In this document: positions 48,503 to 60,000 of the stretch, in pieces | Layout of the letters: the number at the start of each line of letters is the position of its first letter | Position numbering within the stretch: position 1 is the stretch's first letter | NCBI GenBank assembly: GCA_964362365.1 | Contig: CAYIEF010000003.1 | Coordinates: 79 to 64,078 of the forward strand | Source: an uncultured Methanosarcinales archaeon | Lineage (GTDB): Archaea; Nanobdellota; Nanobdellia; Woesearchaeales; GW2011-AR9 | Length of the DNA: 64,000 nt | Direction of reading: 5' to 3' | Notes under the pieces: model-generated | Seen by the model: the letters and a program-made list of their open reading frames with translations, nothing else | Database searches by the model: none | What the model was told of the DNA's origin: nothing | Made by a program: the position numbers and the translations under genes

Positions 48503-50296
48503 TTAACTTCCCTTACGGATAATCTCTTCCAGCCTTCCTTTTAGTTTTCTATACGTATCTTCTTTGATGTATCCTCTGTTGTAGCCTTCTCGCAAGGTTG
48601 CCAGCTTGCGCCTATAGTCTGACATATCTCGTTTGATGATAGTCTTTGGTTTTACGATAGTTCTTTGGACGGTCTTCTGCTTGATGATGGTTCTTTGTTT
48701 GATAATGGTCGGTGTTTTGAGCGTTTTAACTTTCTTGATCTTACGCTGGGTGAAGAACAAAGCCACTACAATTCCTACAATGAGTACAAACATGATCGGC
48801 ATAGCCCAAATCAAGGTCCGTCCGCCTGCCAATGCCGCCAATCCTGCTAAGGCAGCTCCTTTAGGCTCTTCTTCGATGGTAAAGAGTTCTGTTGCCGTGG
48901 CGAAAGAATCTGCATAAATCATCTTCAGGGAAAGCACATACTGTCCTGCTGGAAGATCTTTGGGAACAGGAATTGTTTTGGTGAAGGAAGCTTGTTTTTC
49001 AATGCTGATAGATTCTTCTTGACTATACTTAACTGTATTTGCTTGGTCAAATATTTCGTAAAGCAGCTTGACATCCTGAACAGGAACATCCAGCAAATTA
49101 AACACTGATACTGCAACTCGTAAATCTTCTCCTGCTTGTACCACTTTATCCCGAAGATCAAGGCTTCCGTCAAGCAATACAGAATCCGATTCTACTTCGA
49201 GTACCACGATTACAACTTTACTAAATTCTTCTTTTCCTGAGGAATCTGCTGCATGCACCGTTACCGTTCCGGTGTGAGTCCCCAACGCAGCATCCCGCTG
49301 CGGATTAAAGGCCAGCAAAACTGGTTGTTTGCTTTTTACCAGCAGTGAAAAAAGAGCAGGATCTATGGTGATTAGATCTCCTAGGGAAGTGCTTACATCC
49401 ACTTCCAGGTTTTCCATCCAGTCCTGGACAATTGTTATCTTCCGCTCCCACAACTGCGACTGCCTGATGCTGGATTTGAGGACATCATCGCTTAATAGTA
49501 TCCCTTCCCTGATGATTCTTATTTTTAATTTTGCAACATGGTTTTCAATTGATAATAAGGTAATTGATATATCTTTTAATTTATCATCATCGAGGTCGAT
49601 ATCTTCGCTCTCGCCGAGATCTAAATTGATAAATAAGGGATTTGATTTTACCAGCAAGGTGGCTGTATTTCCTTCTATTTTTGAAAGGCTGACAGTATGT
49701 GTTGTGCTTGCCCAGGCAAAAGCGAGATCGAAAGATTGTTCAAGTTCGAATTCCTGAAATTCGGTAGAGAGTTCTACCTCCTTCTTTGGCTTTGGTAGTC
49801 CTCCTCCACCCCCTCCTTCTCCTCCTCCTCCTCCACCGCCTGCTCCGCCTTCGCCAGCCCCGGCTGTAGAGACAGTGAGGTTAAATTGGGCTTCGCTGCT
49901 TGCATTTACGTTACAGTTAGAGGCGTCGGCTACGGTAATGAGTATGGAATGGGCACCGACATTAGCTCCTATGGGGGTGAAGCTGATATACCCGCTTTGA
50001 TTGATGGCAAATAAAGAGGTGTTATCTGCATAACTGAGGCTGGTATTTGCACCGTAGAACGTTGCGCTTACTTGTAATGTAAATGCCGTACTTACGGTAG
50101 CAGTTTGGTCAGCGATGGCGGTGATCGTCGGCGTTCTTGCGATACAAATTGAAGCGCTTCCAGTAGCAGTCGTCGAAGCGGCGGTGGTCGGTGCCGCCAA
50201 TTTACCAGTATTGACAAAGACCACAAAAAAACTAGCCAGGTTGAGTACTAAAAGAAGTATAGCTAATAATAACATCGTCCTCTTTTTTAGTACCAT
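48503..50296 (-). CDS. surface protein with Ig-like domains, Gly-rich linker and C-terminal TM
   Basis: Signal/TM, beta-rich domains, poly-G linker. Confidence 0.75.
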   Translation of the reverse strand: MVLKKRTMLLLAILLLVLNLASFFVVFVNTGKLAAPTTAASTTATGSASICIARTPTITAIADQTATVSTAFTLQVSATFYGANTSLSYADNTSLFAINQSGYISFTPIGANVGAHSILITVADASNCNVNASSEAQFNLTVSTAGAGEGGAGGGGGGGEGGGGGGLPKPKKEVELSTEFQEFELEQSFDLAFAWASTTHTVSLSKIEGNTATLLVKSNPLFINLDLGESEDIDLDDDKLKDISITLLSIENHVAKLKIRIIREGILLSDDVLKSSIRQSQLWERKITIVQDWMENLEVDVSTSLGDLITIDPALFSLLVKSKQPVLLAFNPQRDAALGTHTGTVTVHAADSSGKEEFSKVVIVVLEVESDSVLLDGSLDLRDKVVQAGEDLRVAVSVFNLLDVPVQDVKLLYEIFDQANTVKYSQEESISIEKQASFTKTIPVPKDLPAGQYVLSLKMIYADSFATATELFTIEEEPKGAALAGLAALAGGRTLIWAMPIMFVLIVGIVVALFFTQRKIKKVKTLKTPTIIKQRTIIKQKTVQRTIVKPKTIIKRDMSDYRRKLATLREGYNRGYIKEDTYRKLKGRLEEIIRKGS

Positions 50297-50365
50297 TTAT
50301 GCAGCTCATAGAAGCAATAACCTATAAATACTTATCTTTTTTAAGAAAATAAAATAAGAGATTAA

Positions 50366-50755
50366 TCAATGCATCCGTTCATCAATCTCTTTTGCTACTT
50401 CTTTAAGCTCAGTAAATACTGATTCGGTGTCTCTTTTCAGATCGTCTATCAAGCGGAGAAGGCTCTGTTCCCGCAAAAGGTATCCTTCCTTCTCCCGCAC
50501 CACTATGCCAGAATCCATCAATCTGGTTAAATGATGCACTACTGTGCCTCGGCTTAAATGCAGCCGCTCTGCTATTTTGTCAGAAGAAAGCGGCGCATCT
50601 GATTTCTTGACTAAGGCGATGAAGATTCTAAAGCAGCTGCTATCTTTATCCCGCAAACCAAATAGTCCTAAAGAATTACCCAGCCATTGAAGATCGGCGT
50701 TGATGTTGCTCTCGGGCGTTCTGCGGATTTTGATGACCGTGACTCTTCGTATCAT
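50366..50755 (-). CDS. winged-helix transcriptional regulator
   Basis: SSDKIAERLHLSRGTVVHHLTRL; divergent from grpE. Confidence 0.8.
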   Translation of the reverse strand: MIRRVTVIKIRRTPESNINADLQWLGNSLGLFGLRDKDSSCFRIFIALVKKSDAPLSSDKIAERLHLSRGTVVHHLTRLMDSGIVVREKEGYLLREQSLLRLIDDLKRDTESVFTELKEVAKEIDERMH

Positions 50756-50832
50756 GATCTCTAGTTATTTTTACGGAATTTTTAAACTTTGCCCGAAAGA
50801 TTTATATATAATTTTGATTTTAGCCCAACTAA

Positions 50833-50849
50833 GTTGACTTAAAGTCAAC
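50833..50849. promoter_or_regulatory. candidate operator of the grpE-dnaK-dnaJ operon
   Basis: GTTGACTT-A-AAGTCAAC, ~25 nt downstream of TATA TTTATATA (50801). Confidence 0.55.
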
Positions 50850-50868
50850 AACGGGAGTGCAAATTACC

Positions 50869-51567
50869 ATGATGGAAACAAAATCAAACCAAGGGATTGA
50901 ACCAGAAAATAAATCTGCTCCTGAAGCAGAACAGAAAAAAGAGCTAAGCGTAGAAGAACTAACAGATCTTCTTCAGAGAACACAAGCTAATTTTGAAAAT
51001 TACCGCAAGCAGACCCAAACCTATATCGAAGAAATCAAAAAAATGGCAGCACGTGATATAGTACTGCAAGTGTTACCAGTGCTTGACAATTTTGAATTAG
51101 CATTAAAAGCTGTTCCTCAAGACCAAGAAAATACCGATTTTGTTCAGGGTATCAAACTGATCAATTCTCAATTGTTACGGGTACTGCAGCATAATAACAT
51201 ACTTCCTATCGAGACTCTGAATAAAAATTTTGATCCTTTTTATCATGAAGCGCTGATGAAAGTGCCATCGGAGGCGCCAGCAAATAGAATTATCGAAGAG
51301 TTCCAGCGAGGGTACATAATGCACGGCAGAGTATTGCGGCATGCCAAAGTGAAGATAAGCGCTGGAAAAAAAAGAGAAGAGGAAAATAAAATGGAAGAAA
51401 AAAATAAGTTTTATAGTGCCTTAGAAATTAAGGAAAAATTTTTTGCAGGACAAAAACAACGACCAGATACTTTTGAAGCTGGTGGATTTCCCGGCATTGA
51501 GACAGGTCATCAAGAAGAGAAAGTTCACGAAAATAAAGGAGCAGGTGCACAACCACGAAAAATATAA
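50869..51567 (+). CDS. grpE: GrpE nucleotide exchange factor
   Basis: ANFENYRK, LPVLDNFELAL, FDPFYHEA, GY..GRVLRHAKV. Confidence 0.92.
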   Translation: MMETKSNQGIEPENKSAPEAEQKKELSVEELTDLLQRTQANFENYRKQTQTYIEEIKKMAARDIVLQVLPVLDNFELALKAVPQDQENTDFVQGIKLINSQLLRVLQHNNILPIETLNKNFDPFYHEALMKVPSEAPANRIIEEFQRGYIMHGRVLRHAKVKISAGKKREEENKMEEKNKFYSALEIKEKFFAGQKQRPDTFEAGGFPGIETGHQEEKVHENKGAGAQPRKI

Positions 51568-51664
51568 AGATGAAAATTATCAATTTTATTTTTGGTCTAG
51601 GGATTACAATTTCGGTGATAGGATGTTTAATTTATTTAGTTAATCAAACAGGAGGAAAATAAAA

Positions 51665-53554
51665 ATGACAAACGCAAAAAATACAAAAGTATCAGGTCCA
51701 ACCATTGGAATCGATCTAGGTACAACTTTCTCTGCGGTCGCAGTATTGGAAGGTGGAAAGCCGACTATTATTGCAAACGCAGAGGGAACCAGAACCACGC
51801 CCAGCGTAGTGCATGTAAAGGATGATGAAATTATCGTCGGGCAAGTGGCCAGAAACCAGGCTATTATTGATCCTTCGCACACTATCAGATCCATCAAACG
51901 AAAGATGGGCACTGACGAGAAAGTAGAAATAGATGGAAAGGATTATACTCCAGAACAAATTTCTGCCATGATTTTACAAAAGCTGAAGCGTGATGCAGAA
52001 GCATACTTAGGGCAGACCGTACATAATGCAGTCATTACTGTTCCTGCCTATTTTAATGATGCGCAGAGGCAGGCGACTAAAAACGCCGGGGAGATCGCCG
52101 GACTGAATGTTCTTCGTATCATCAACGAGCCTACCGCCGCAGCTTTAGCGTACGGATTAGATAAACAGGGAAAAGATCATACTATCCTAGTATTCGATTT
52201 TGGAGGAGGAACATTTGATGTCTCTATCCTAGAATTAGGAGATGGCATCTTTGAAGTAAAATCTACTTCTGGAGACAATTTCTTGGGAGGAGATGATGTA
52301 GATCAGCTTATCATTGATCATCTGGCTAAAACTTTCAAAAGTTCAACCGGTATAGACTTGCGCAACGATGCGACCGCGATGCAGAGATTGAAAGAAGCGG
52401 CAGAGAAAGCAAAAATAGAGTTGTCTTCCAAGACCAAAGTGGAGATCAGCATTCCTTTTATCACTGCGGATCAGCACGGGCCAAAGCATATCAAAGAAGA
52501 ATTAACTAGAGCTAAATTTGAAGAATTGATTTTCGAGATTCTGAAAAAATTAGAAGGGCCGGTAAAGAGCGCCTTACGCGATGCCGAACTTACTCCGGTA
52601 AAAATAGATAAAGTTATTTTTGTAGGCGGATCAACCAGAATCCCAGCAGTTCAAGAATTAGTAAAGAAACTCACCGGGAAAGAAGGAGATAAATCAGTTA
52701 ATCCTGATGAGGCAGTAGCAGTAGGAGCAGCGATCCAAGCAGGAGTTCTGGCCGGAGATATCAAAGACGTCTTGCTTTTAGACGTCACTCCTTTATCATT
52801 GGGGATAGAAACATTAGGCGGAGTATTTACTCAGCTTATCGAGAGAAATACGACCATCCCTACCAAAAAATCGCAAATATTCTCCACCGCAGCTGATAAC
52901 CAGACTGCAGTAACCATTCGAGTTGCACAAGGAGAAAGACCGATGTTTTCAGATAACAAGGTTTTGGGACAATTTGATTTAGTAGGAATACCTCCCGCGC
53001 CTCGAGGAGTTCCTCAGGTAGAAGTAACTTTTGACATTGATGCCAACGGAATACTTCATGTCAGCGCCCAGGATAAAGGGACCGGAAAAGAACACAAAAT
53101 TAAAATTACCGGCACGGGAAACCTGAGCAAAGATGAAGTGGAAAAGATGAAAGAAGAAGCGAAGAAAAACGAAGCGGAAGATGCCAAGAGAAAGGCGAAA
53201 ATCGAAGCTGATAACAATGCCGAAGCAGTGATCTTCCAAACTAAAAAAGTTCTGGAAGATTTCAAAGACAAAGTCGATGCAGAGACCAAAAAGAAGATCG
53301 AGGCTAAAATTTCCGAACTGGAAACTGCTAAGAAAGAAGGAGACGTCTCAGCCATCAACGCCAAGATCGAAGAGCTGAACAAAACGGTGCAGGAAATTGG
53401 CTCCAAGATTTACCAAGAGATGGCTGCTAAACAACAGCAGCGGTCTCCGCCGAATTCAGAAGAAGCATCCAACGACACCACCGGCGACAGTGAGAAAGTA
53501 GTGGATGCTGAGTTCACTGAGAAAGGTAAGGAGAAGAAAAAGGGAAAAGCATAA
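51665..53554 (+). CDS. dnaK: Hsp70 chaperone DnaK
   Basis: [31 protein letters not shown]. Confidence 0.98.
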   Translation: MTNAKNTKVSGPTIGIDLGTTFSAVAVLEGGKPTIIANAEGTRTTPSVVHVKDDEIIVGQVARNQAIIDPSHTIRSIKRKMGTDEKVEIDGKDYTPEQISAMILQKLKRDAEAYLGQTVHNAVITVPAYFNDAQRQATKNAGEIAGLNVLRIINEPTAAALAYGLDKQGKDHTILVFDFGGGTFDVSILELGDGIFEVKSTSGDNFLGGDDVDQLIIDHLAKTFKSSTGIDLRNDATAMQRLKEAAEKAKIELSSKTKVEISIPFITADQHGPKHIKEELTRAKFEELIFEILKKLEGPVKSALRDAELTPVKIDKVIFVGGSTRIPAVQELVKKLTGKEGDKSVNPDEAVAVGAAIQAGVLAGDIKDVLLLDVTPLSLGIETLGGVFTQLIERNTTIPTKKSQIFSTAADNQTAVTIRVAQGERPMFSDNKVLGQFDLVGIPPAPRGVPQVEVTFDIDANGILHVSAQDKGTGKEHKIKITGTGNLSKDEVEKMKEEAKKNEAEDAKRKAKIEADNNAEAVIFQTKKVLEDFKDKVDAETKKKIEAKISELETAKKEGDVSAINAKIEELNKTVQEIGSKIYQEMAAKQQQRSPPNSEEASNDTTGDSEKVVDAEFTEKGKEKKKGKA

Positions 53555-53587
53555 GCTTTTTAATTATTCTTTTTTTTATTTTGAAAA

Positions 53588-53989
53588 ATGGCAATAAGAG
53601 AATTTAGGCTGGAAGATGCAGAAGAGGTTTTTGTACTTTGGAAGAAAGCAGGAATATTCTATGACCCCTGGGATAAAAAGGAAAATCTGGCCGAGAAGCA
53701 AAAAAAAGAATCGGATCTCTTTTTAGTTTACGAAGAAAATAAGAAAGTTGTCGGTGTCGCCCTTAGCCAATATGATGGCTGGGGATCATATATACACCAT
53801 TTGGCTAGCGCTGATAGTTATGGTAAAATTGGAAGCGCATTAATCAAAGAAATGGAAAGAAGATTAAAGTCGAAAGGAGCTAAAACTGTTTTTTTATTTA
53901 CAAACCCAAAATCAAAAGAATCAGCATTTGTTCAAAACGAGGGATATAAAAGCTGGGGGATAAGCGAAGGCTGGGAGAAGAAACTATGA
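53588..53989 (+). CDS. GNAT acetyltransferase
   Basis: IREF..ED, FLVYE, YDG, GKIGSALI. Confidence 0.75.
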   Translation: MAIREFRLEDAEEVFVLWKKAGIFYDPWDKKENLAEKQKKESDLFLVYEENKKVVGVALSQYDGWGSYIHHLASADSYGKIGSALIKEMERRLKSKGAKTVFLFTNPKSKESAFVQNEGYKSWGISEGWEKKL

Positions 53990-54630
53990 AACTTCCAACC
54001 GAACAGCAGTGCCTGAACTATTTTGCGGAGTATAAAGTACCGGACAATATCTTTCGACATTGCTGCAAAGTTCGGGAAGTGGCCGTATTTTTAGCTAAGC
54101 GATTGGAAGGAAAGAAAATTCCTATCAATGTTGAATTTGTCAGCTGCCTAGCCTATTTTCACGATCTTTGTAAGATGATTGTTATTAAGGATTTTGGCGC
54201 AAATGAATTCCATAAAGATGCAACTGTAACCAAAGAACAGGCAAAATTCTGGGAAGAAATGCAACAAAAATATCAGAATCATTACGAAGGAGAGATGGCC
54301 CATAAAATATTCAAAGATAAGTACCCTGAATTAGCTCTGGCTTTGCGTGATGTAAGCAGTCCGCGCAATCAGAATCCAACTTGGGAAGAATTAGTGGTCC
54401 ATTACGCGGATTGGCGGGTTTTAAGAGAAAAAATAGTTCTTTTAGGAGAGCGCCTGGCTTACTTGAAAAAAAGATATCCGCGCACTGCTGAAGCCTGGGA
54501 TAAATACGAACGGTTAATTAAATCACAAGAACAAAAAATATTTTCAGAACTTTCATTTGATCCGGGCGAATTAGCGGAAGAAATGGGAAGAGAAATTGAA
54601 CAGAAATCTCCGATGGTGCAGCATGGCTGA
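53986..54630 (+). CDS. HD-domain protein
   Basis: IFRHC..V, FHDLCK, VHYADWR. Confidence 0.8.
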   Translation: MKLPTEQQCLNYFAEYKVPDNIFRHCCKVREVAVFLAKRLEGKKIPINVEFVSCLAYFHDLCKMIVIKDFGANEFHKDATVTKEQAKFWEEMQQKYQNHYEGEMAHKIFKDKYPELALALRDVSSPRNQNPTWEELVVHYADWRVLREKIVLLGERLAYLKKRYPRTAEAWDKYERLIKSQEQKIFSELSFDPGELAEEMGREIEQKSPMVQHG

Positions 54631-55762
54631 TAAAGATTATTATCAAATCCTTGGGGTGCAGAAAAATGCTACTAAGGAAGAAATTAAAAAAGCATTCAAG
54701 AAATTAGCGATGCAGTATCATCCTGATCGCGCTCCAGAAGACAAAAAGAAAGAACACGAAGAAAAATTCAAAGAGATCAATGAAGCAGTCTCTGTTTTAG
54801 GCGACGATAAAAAAAGGCAGCAATATGACCAATTTGGCAGCGCGGCATTTTCCGGAGGCGCTGGAGCTGGGGGATCGGGATTCCAGCAAGGTTTTGATTA
54901 TTCCGACATCATGTCCCAGTTTAGATCTGGCATGTTTGGTGACTTTGATGATATTTTTGATCACCTTTTCGGCGGCAGCAGAGGCGGAAGACAAAGAGCG
55001 CGGCGAGGAGCAGACTTATTGTATGAAACAGAGATAACCTTGGAAGAGGCATATTCCGGAGCTTCTAAGACTATTTCTTTAAACAAACTGGAACAATGTC
55101 CTGAATGCGAAGGGAAAGGAGCGCACCAATTTGAATCCTGTCGTCATTGCCACGGTTCAGGTTATATGAAAAGGACACAGCGCACCCCATTTGGTTTATT
55201 CCAACAGACCGGCCCATGTCCTTACTGCCATGGGAAAGGAGAACTCCCTCAGGATTCTTGCAAGGAATGTGGTGGGGAAGGAGTGATAAGAAGGAAAAAA
55301 GAACTGGAAGTTTCTATCCCTGCAGGAATTGAAGATGGTATGCGGCTGCGTATTTCCGGGGAGGGGGAAATAGGAGAACAAAAAGGTCCAGCCGGGGATC
55401 TTTATCTGCAGGTTAAGATTAAAGCGCATAAGCTCTTTCAAAGGAAAGGGAATGATCTGCATTTGACCGTCCCGGTTTCATTTTCGCAAGCAGTCTTGGG
55501 CGATGAAATTGAAGTGCCGACTGTCGACGGAAAAGCAAAATTGACTATTCCTGCTGGAACGCAGACAGAAACTATCCTGCGTATGCGCGGAAAAGGAATG
55601 CCTTCTTTGCACGATTCTGGAAAAGGCGACCAAATGGCTACAATGCATGTCGCAGTTCCGACTAAACTCAACAAGAGACAAAAAGAGTTGATCAAAGAAC
55701 TTCACGAAGAAAAGCCGCAGACAGGTTTTTTTAAGAAGATTTTTACCAGTACTTTTTTGTAA
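54623..55762 (+). CDS. dnaJ: chaperone DnaJ
   Basis: DYY, HPD, G/F region, four CxxCxGxG. Confidence 0.97.
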   Translation: MADKDYYQILGVQKNATKEEIKKAFKKLAMQYHPDRAPEDKKKEHEEKFKEINEAVSVLGDDKKRQQYDQFGSAAFSGGAGAGGSGFQQGFDYSDIMSQFRSGMFGDFDDIFDHLFGGSRGGRQRARRGADLLYETEITLEEAYSGASKTISLNKLEQCPECEGKGAHQFESCRHCHGSGYMKRTQRTPFGLFQQTGPCPYCHGKGELPQDSCKECGGEGVIRRKKELEVSIPAGIEDGMRLRISGEGEIGEQKGPAGDLYLQVKIKAHKLFQRKGNDLHLTVPVSFSQAVLGDEIEVPTVDGKAKLTIPAGTQTETILRMRGKGMPSLHDSGKGDQMATMHVAVPTKLNKRQKELIKELHEEKPQTGFFKKIFTSTFL

Positions 55763-55857
55763 AAAGCGCTGTCATGGCCAAGAAAGAAAATTTTATCATA
55801 AGATTATTTTTGCGCAAGAAAAGCGAAAAATGAAAACTGATCTTTTCCAAATATTCT

Positions 55858-57090
55858 TTACTCATACTTCTCTCTATTCATGTATCTCCAAGCAACATAG
55901 AATCCAATCATTCCCAGCAATATTCCTACCAGCAGCCAGGGAGCGGCACCAGAGAAACCTCCAAATCCCACTGCTGCTCCAGTCAATGCCGGCGGAACGA
56001 GGTTTAGTTTTGCAGCATCTTCTTCCGTCACCAAGTTGGTCTCAAAGATAAATTTCTTTTCATCCATCCTGACCAAAGCCCAGAAATGTGCTGTCATCTC
56101 AAAAGTATACTTCCCAGGGCCTTTATCTTTGGCATCAAGGTAATCTGAAATTCGCTGCATCATCTCTGCTTCGATGTCCACCGAACGGGTCCTAAATTCA
56201 TCGATCTTCTGGCCTTCCCGCAGCACTTCTACATCGACATAGACATTGCGTATCTGCTGGTTCCATTTGTTAAGCAGATCCAAAGTATATTGATTGACTT
56301 TGTGAGCAATGAGGTATCGGTCGAAGTAAGTGATCTCTATCTCTGGCTTTCCGATAAGGAGAGTCTTGTACAATTCCAAGGTTTGGTCGTCATATTTAGT
56401 TATCGCAGAAACTTCGTACTGTCCTGCCTCATTGAAATTATCTTTTTCAATAGTTGTGGTGAGCAGTTTTGTTTCCTTGGTTTTAAGGCTCTCAGTCTGA
56501 GTTTCCAACTCATGTTCTTTCTGTTCTCTGTCATTGACATAAAACTTGGTCTGCACTTTCTGGATATCTTTTTTTCCTAAATTCTTCACTTCTGCCACCA
56601 GTTCAACTTCGTCTCCCTTCTCATGGAAGTTCAATGATCCTTCGACGTACAGATCAGGATAAGGTCCGATAAATGTTATTTTATGTTTTAACAGCAATTT
56701 AGACGAGACAGCGTTATCCAAGCCATCTTCGAATCGCTCTTCGATCACGATATTAGCGATGGAGCCTCCAGGAGGAATATCTTCTTTTTTGAATTCGATC
56801 TCAAATTCTACTTCCTTGGCTTCATCTTCCGGGCGGAAGGTTAATTTTTTTGGATAGGTCTTTATCCTGACAAATTCGGCCATCTCCCCCTCTTCATAAA
56901 CATCGACCGTAAATTCTCTCCCTTCGTTATTGACTACCCACAGTTTTCCATCAATTTTGATATTGTTCTCCTCATACTCATCGACGGCAATATTTGTTTT
57001 CGCTGGCCTGATTCCAATAGCTGTAACTAACTGGATGCTCATCAAGAACATTAACAGGGCCGCTATCCATACTATCTTTTTCTGTTTCAT
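55858..57090 (-). CDS. secreted Ig-like/CARDB-like protein with C-terminal TM
   Basis: Signal peptide, AIGIRPA, C-terminal TM. Confidence 0.7.
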   Translation of the reverse strand: MKQKKIVWIAALLMFLMSIQLVTAIGIRPAKTNIAVDEYEENNIKIDGKLWVVNNEGREFTVDVYEEGEMAEFVRIKTYPKKLTFRPEDEAKEVEFEIEFKKEDIPPGGSIANIVIEERFEDGLDNAVSSKLLLKHKITFIGPYPDLYVEGSLNFHEKGDEVELVAEVKNLGKKDIQKVQTKFYVNDREQKEHELETQTESLKTKETKLLTTTIEKDNFNEAGQYEVSAITKYDDQTLELYKTLLIGKPEIEITYFDRYLIAHKVNQYTLDLLNKWNQQIRNVYVDVEVLREGQKIDEFRTRSVDIEAEMMQRISDYLDAKDKGPGKYTFEMTAHFWALVRMDEKKFIFETNLVTEEDAAKLNLVPPALTGAAVGFGGFSGAAPWLLVGILLGMIGFYVAWRYMNREKYE

Positions 57091-57098
57091 CTTGTCTC

Positions 57099-60000
57099 TT
57101 AGCCAGTTATGGTAAAGGTCATGGTCGAAGTTTTGCTTCCTGGCGTTTCATTTCCAGGCACAGAAATGTTTAAATCAGTTAAAAAGTCATTGCTGATGCT
57201 GTGCCAATCTAAATTGATGACATGGAAGATGTTAGCGCCAAGGGTGCTGTTAGTTTGATTCCACTCCGTCGCCGAGGCAGTAGTATTAAATGCCCCGCTT
57301 TCGTTTGCTCTTATCTTGAATCGGTAAAAGCTTGAGGGCATCGACACCGCGGTGAAGAACGCGGTTCCAGTAACAGTTATGTTAGCGATGATATTTCCCA
57401 CATTTTCCACCCGGAAGGGAGAGGCATTATTTGGGGTGCTGACATTTGCTCCCACTGGCAATGTTCCAAATGCTACCGTTTCTTCTGTAACATTGATCGC
57501 TAGGTACGATTGCACGGTGAAATTGCGAGTTTCCGAGATACTGCCAGCATTGAGGCTATCGTTGGCAAGAACTCTCCAGAAATAGGATGTATCTACGCCC
57601 AATTCTGTGCTCAGAGTATAAGTAACGTTGTTAATAGTAGTATTGGTAATACCGCCAACATTTACTTCCAGATTGTTGAAGAGAATATTATCATCAACCT
57701 GTATTCTATAAGTAACCGCCTCTCCATCAGCATCGTTGGAAACGTTCCAAACAAAGGTAGGCGTTCTGGTAGTGACAGTACTTCGGTTGGTAAGATTCCA
57801 AAGCACTGGAATAGTGGGAGCGGTATTAACAATGGTAAGATTGTTTGAAATCACCAGCGGCCCATCTTCTGTTCCATCATTTGGCGTAGCCTGCACGGTC
57901 CAGTTTTCTCCGCGGACAGTTTCATTTGTAGTTATGACATTGGATTGGTTTCTCCAGATGGCATAGATCTGTGCTGCGGAGAGTGATCGGTTGAAAATAA
58001 TGACTTCATCGATGGTTCCGTTGAATCCGTTGACACCAGCAAATGCTTCCGGACTATCAATTCCAATGGCCAGATGCACAGTATTGGCGACAGATTTACC
58101 GCTCAGCGCGGAAATGCTTCTGGTAGGCGGACTTCCGTCTGGAACGCCGTCAACATAGTAGGTTGCTGAAGCACCCCGGTCAAAGGTTACCGCAACATGA
58201 TGCCACTTATTATCAACAAGATCGGTTGCTGAATCTGCACTGCCAGATGCAAGACTAATACCATCACCTAGCAAGAAAGAGAGCCGTCGACGAGCTGGGG
58301 TAGTCTGAATAGCAAGCCGATATCCCTTATTGTTTGAATCTCTCTTACCAATAATCACCATCGAAGTAATGTCATTAAGGTCCATGGAAACATTTGATTT
58401 AATCCAGGCCATAAGGGTAAAATCATTGGTTCCGATATCTAAATTACCATTGTCGGTAATGTTGATAAATTGCCGTGAATCCGGCGCATTCACAAACTCA
58501 AATGCTCCCCTGTTATCGTAACCGCCGGTGGAGTTCCAGAATGCATTAAACACTGTTCCATTATAGCTGAAAGGGGTGTAATCCTTTGCTCCATTGGTTG
58601 TTCCGGTGGAATTTCCGCTCAGCGATCCTCCTTCAAAGGGCAAGTTGAGGAGAGCGATAGATGTTTCATTCCTGAGCCAGTTGTAAATTACTCTCACAGA
58701 ATCACCATCAGGCTCCACTACGGTTGCATAGGCAGTTAAGTTTACTTCTGTTTTATTTGAAGAAAGATTGGTTGTATTTAACACCAAAGTAGTAATGTTG
58801 GGTGTGGTCCTAATGGTGATATTACTTGACATCACCAATTGTCCATCTTCATATCCATCATTCGGCGTAGCCTGTACGCTCCATTTTTCTCCTCCAACAG
58901 TTTCATTTGCCACAATGGTGTTTGTTTGGTTTCTCCAGATGGCATAGATTTGTCCTGCGGAGAGTGATCGGTTGAAAATCATCAATTCGTCGATGGTTCC
59001 ATTGAAATCGTTGGCGCCTGCCGCCGCTCCAACTTCAGGATTAATCATTCCAATGGTCAGATGCGCTGTATTGGCGAGAGACCCCTGCCGCGCAGAAATG
59101 GCCCTGTTAGGCGGACTTCCGTCTGGAACGCCGTCAACATAGTAGGTTGCTGAAGCATCCCGGTCAAAAGTTACAGCAACATGATGCCACTTATCATCAT
59201 CAAGATCAGTTGCTGACGCTGCCCCGCCAAACACCGTTCCCGTGCCATCATTTAGGGAAAAGGCTAGCCGTTGAAGCCCCGCAGAAGTGGCAGCTTCTAT
59301 AAATAATTCATATCCCGTGTTTGATGAATTCCTTTTGCTGAGAATTCTATATCCGCTCCCCGTAGAATCCCCAGACTCATTGTATTTAATCCAGGCCGTA
59401 ACCGTAAAATCATTGGTTCCGATGTCTAAAGTATCATCATCTGTTATATTGATAAATTGTCGTGTACCAGTTGGATTATTCACGAATTTATATGCTCCAT
59501 TGTTATCGTAACCGCCGGTGGAGTTCCAGGATGCCCTATGTACTGATCCATTGTTGCTGTAAGGGGTATAATCTTTTGCCCCATTGGTTGTTCCACTGGA
59601 ATTTCCGTTCAGTGATCCTCCTTCAAAGGGCATGTTGAGGACAGTAAAGGAGCTGCCATTCCTCAGCCAATTATAGATTACCTTGACGGTATCATCAGGA
59701 TCAGCATCCGAGGTAGTTGCGTAGGCAGTCAAGTTGACATTGGTATTATTGGAAGTGACATTGGTGCTGTTTAATACCAGGGCAGTTATAACTGGTTTAC
59801 CATTGAGGATAGTCTCATTCTTTGCTTTTATCGCTATCGTACCATCCGCAAATGTTCCATCGCTAAATCCGTCGTTTGGTGTAGCCTGCACGGTCCAGTT
59901 TTCTCCACGGACAGTTTCCTGCGCCACGATGACATCAGTTTGATTTCTCCATAACGCGTAGATCTGTTCTGCAGGCAGGCTTCTATTCCAGACCATCACT

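Noticed and set aside
51370..51643. GrpE C-terminal extension and overlapping 66-aa ORF as a programmed frameshift
   Set aside because: No recognisable domain in either frame, and variable GrpE tails are common.
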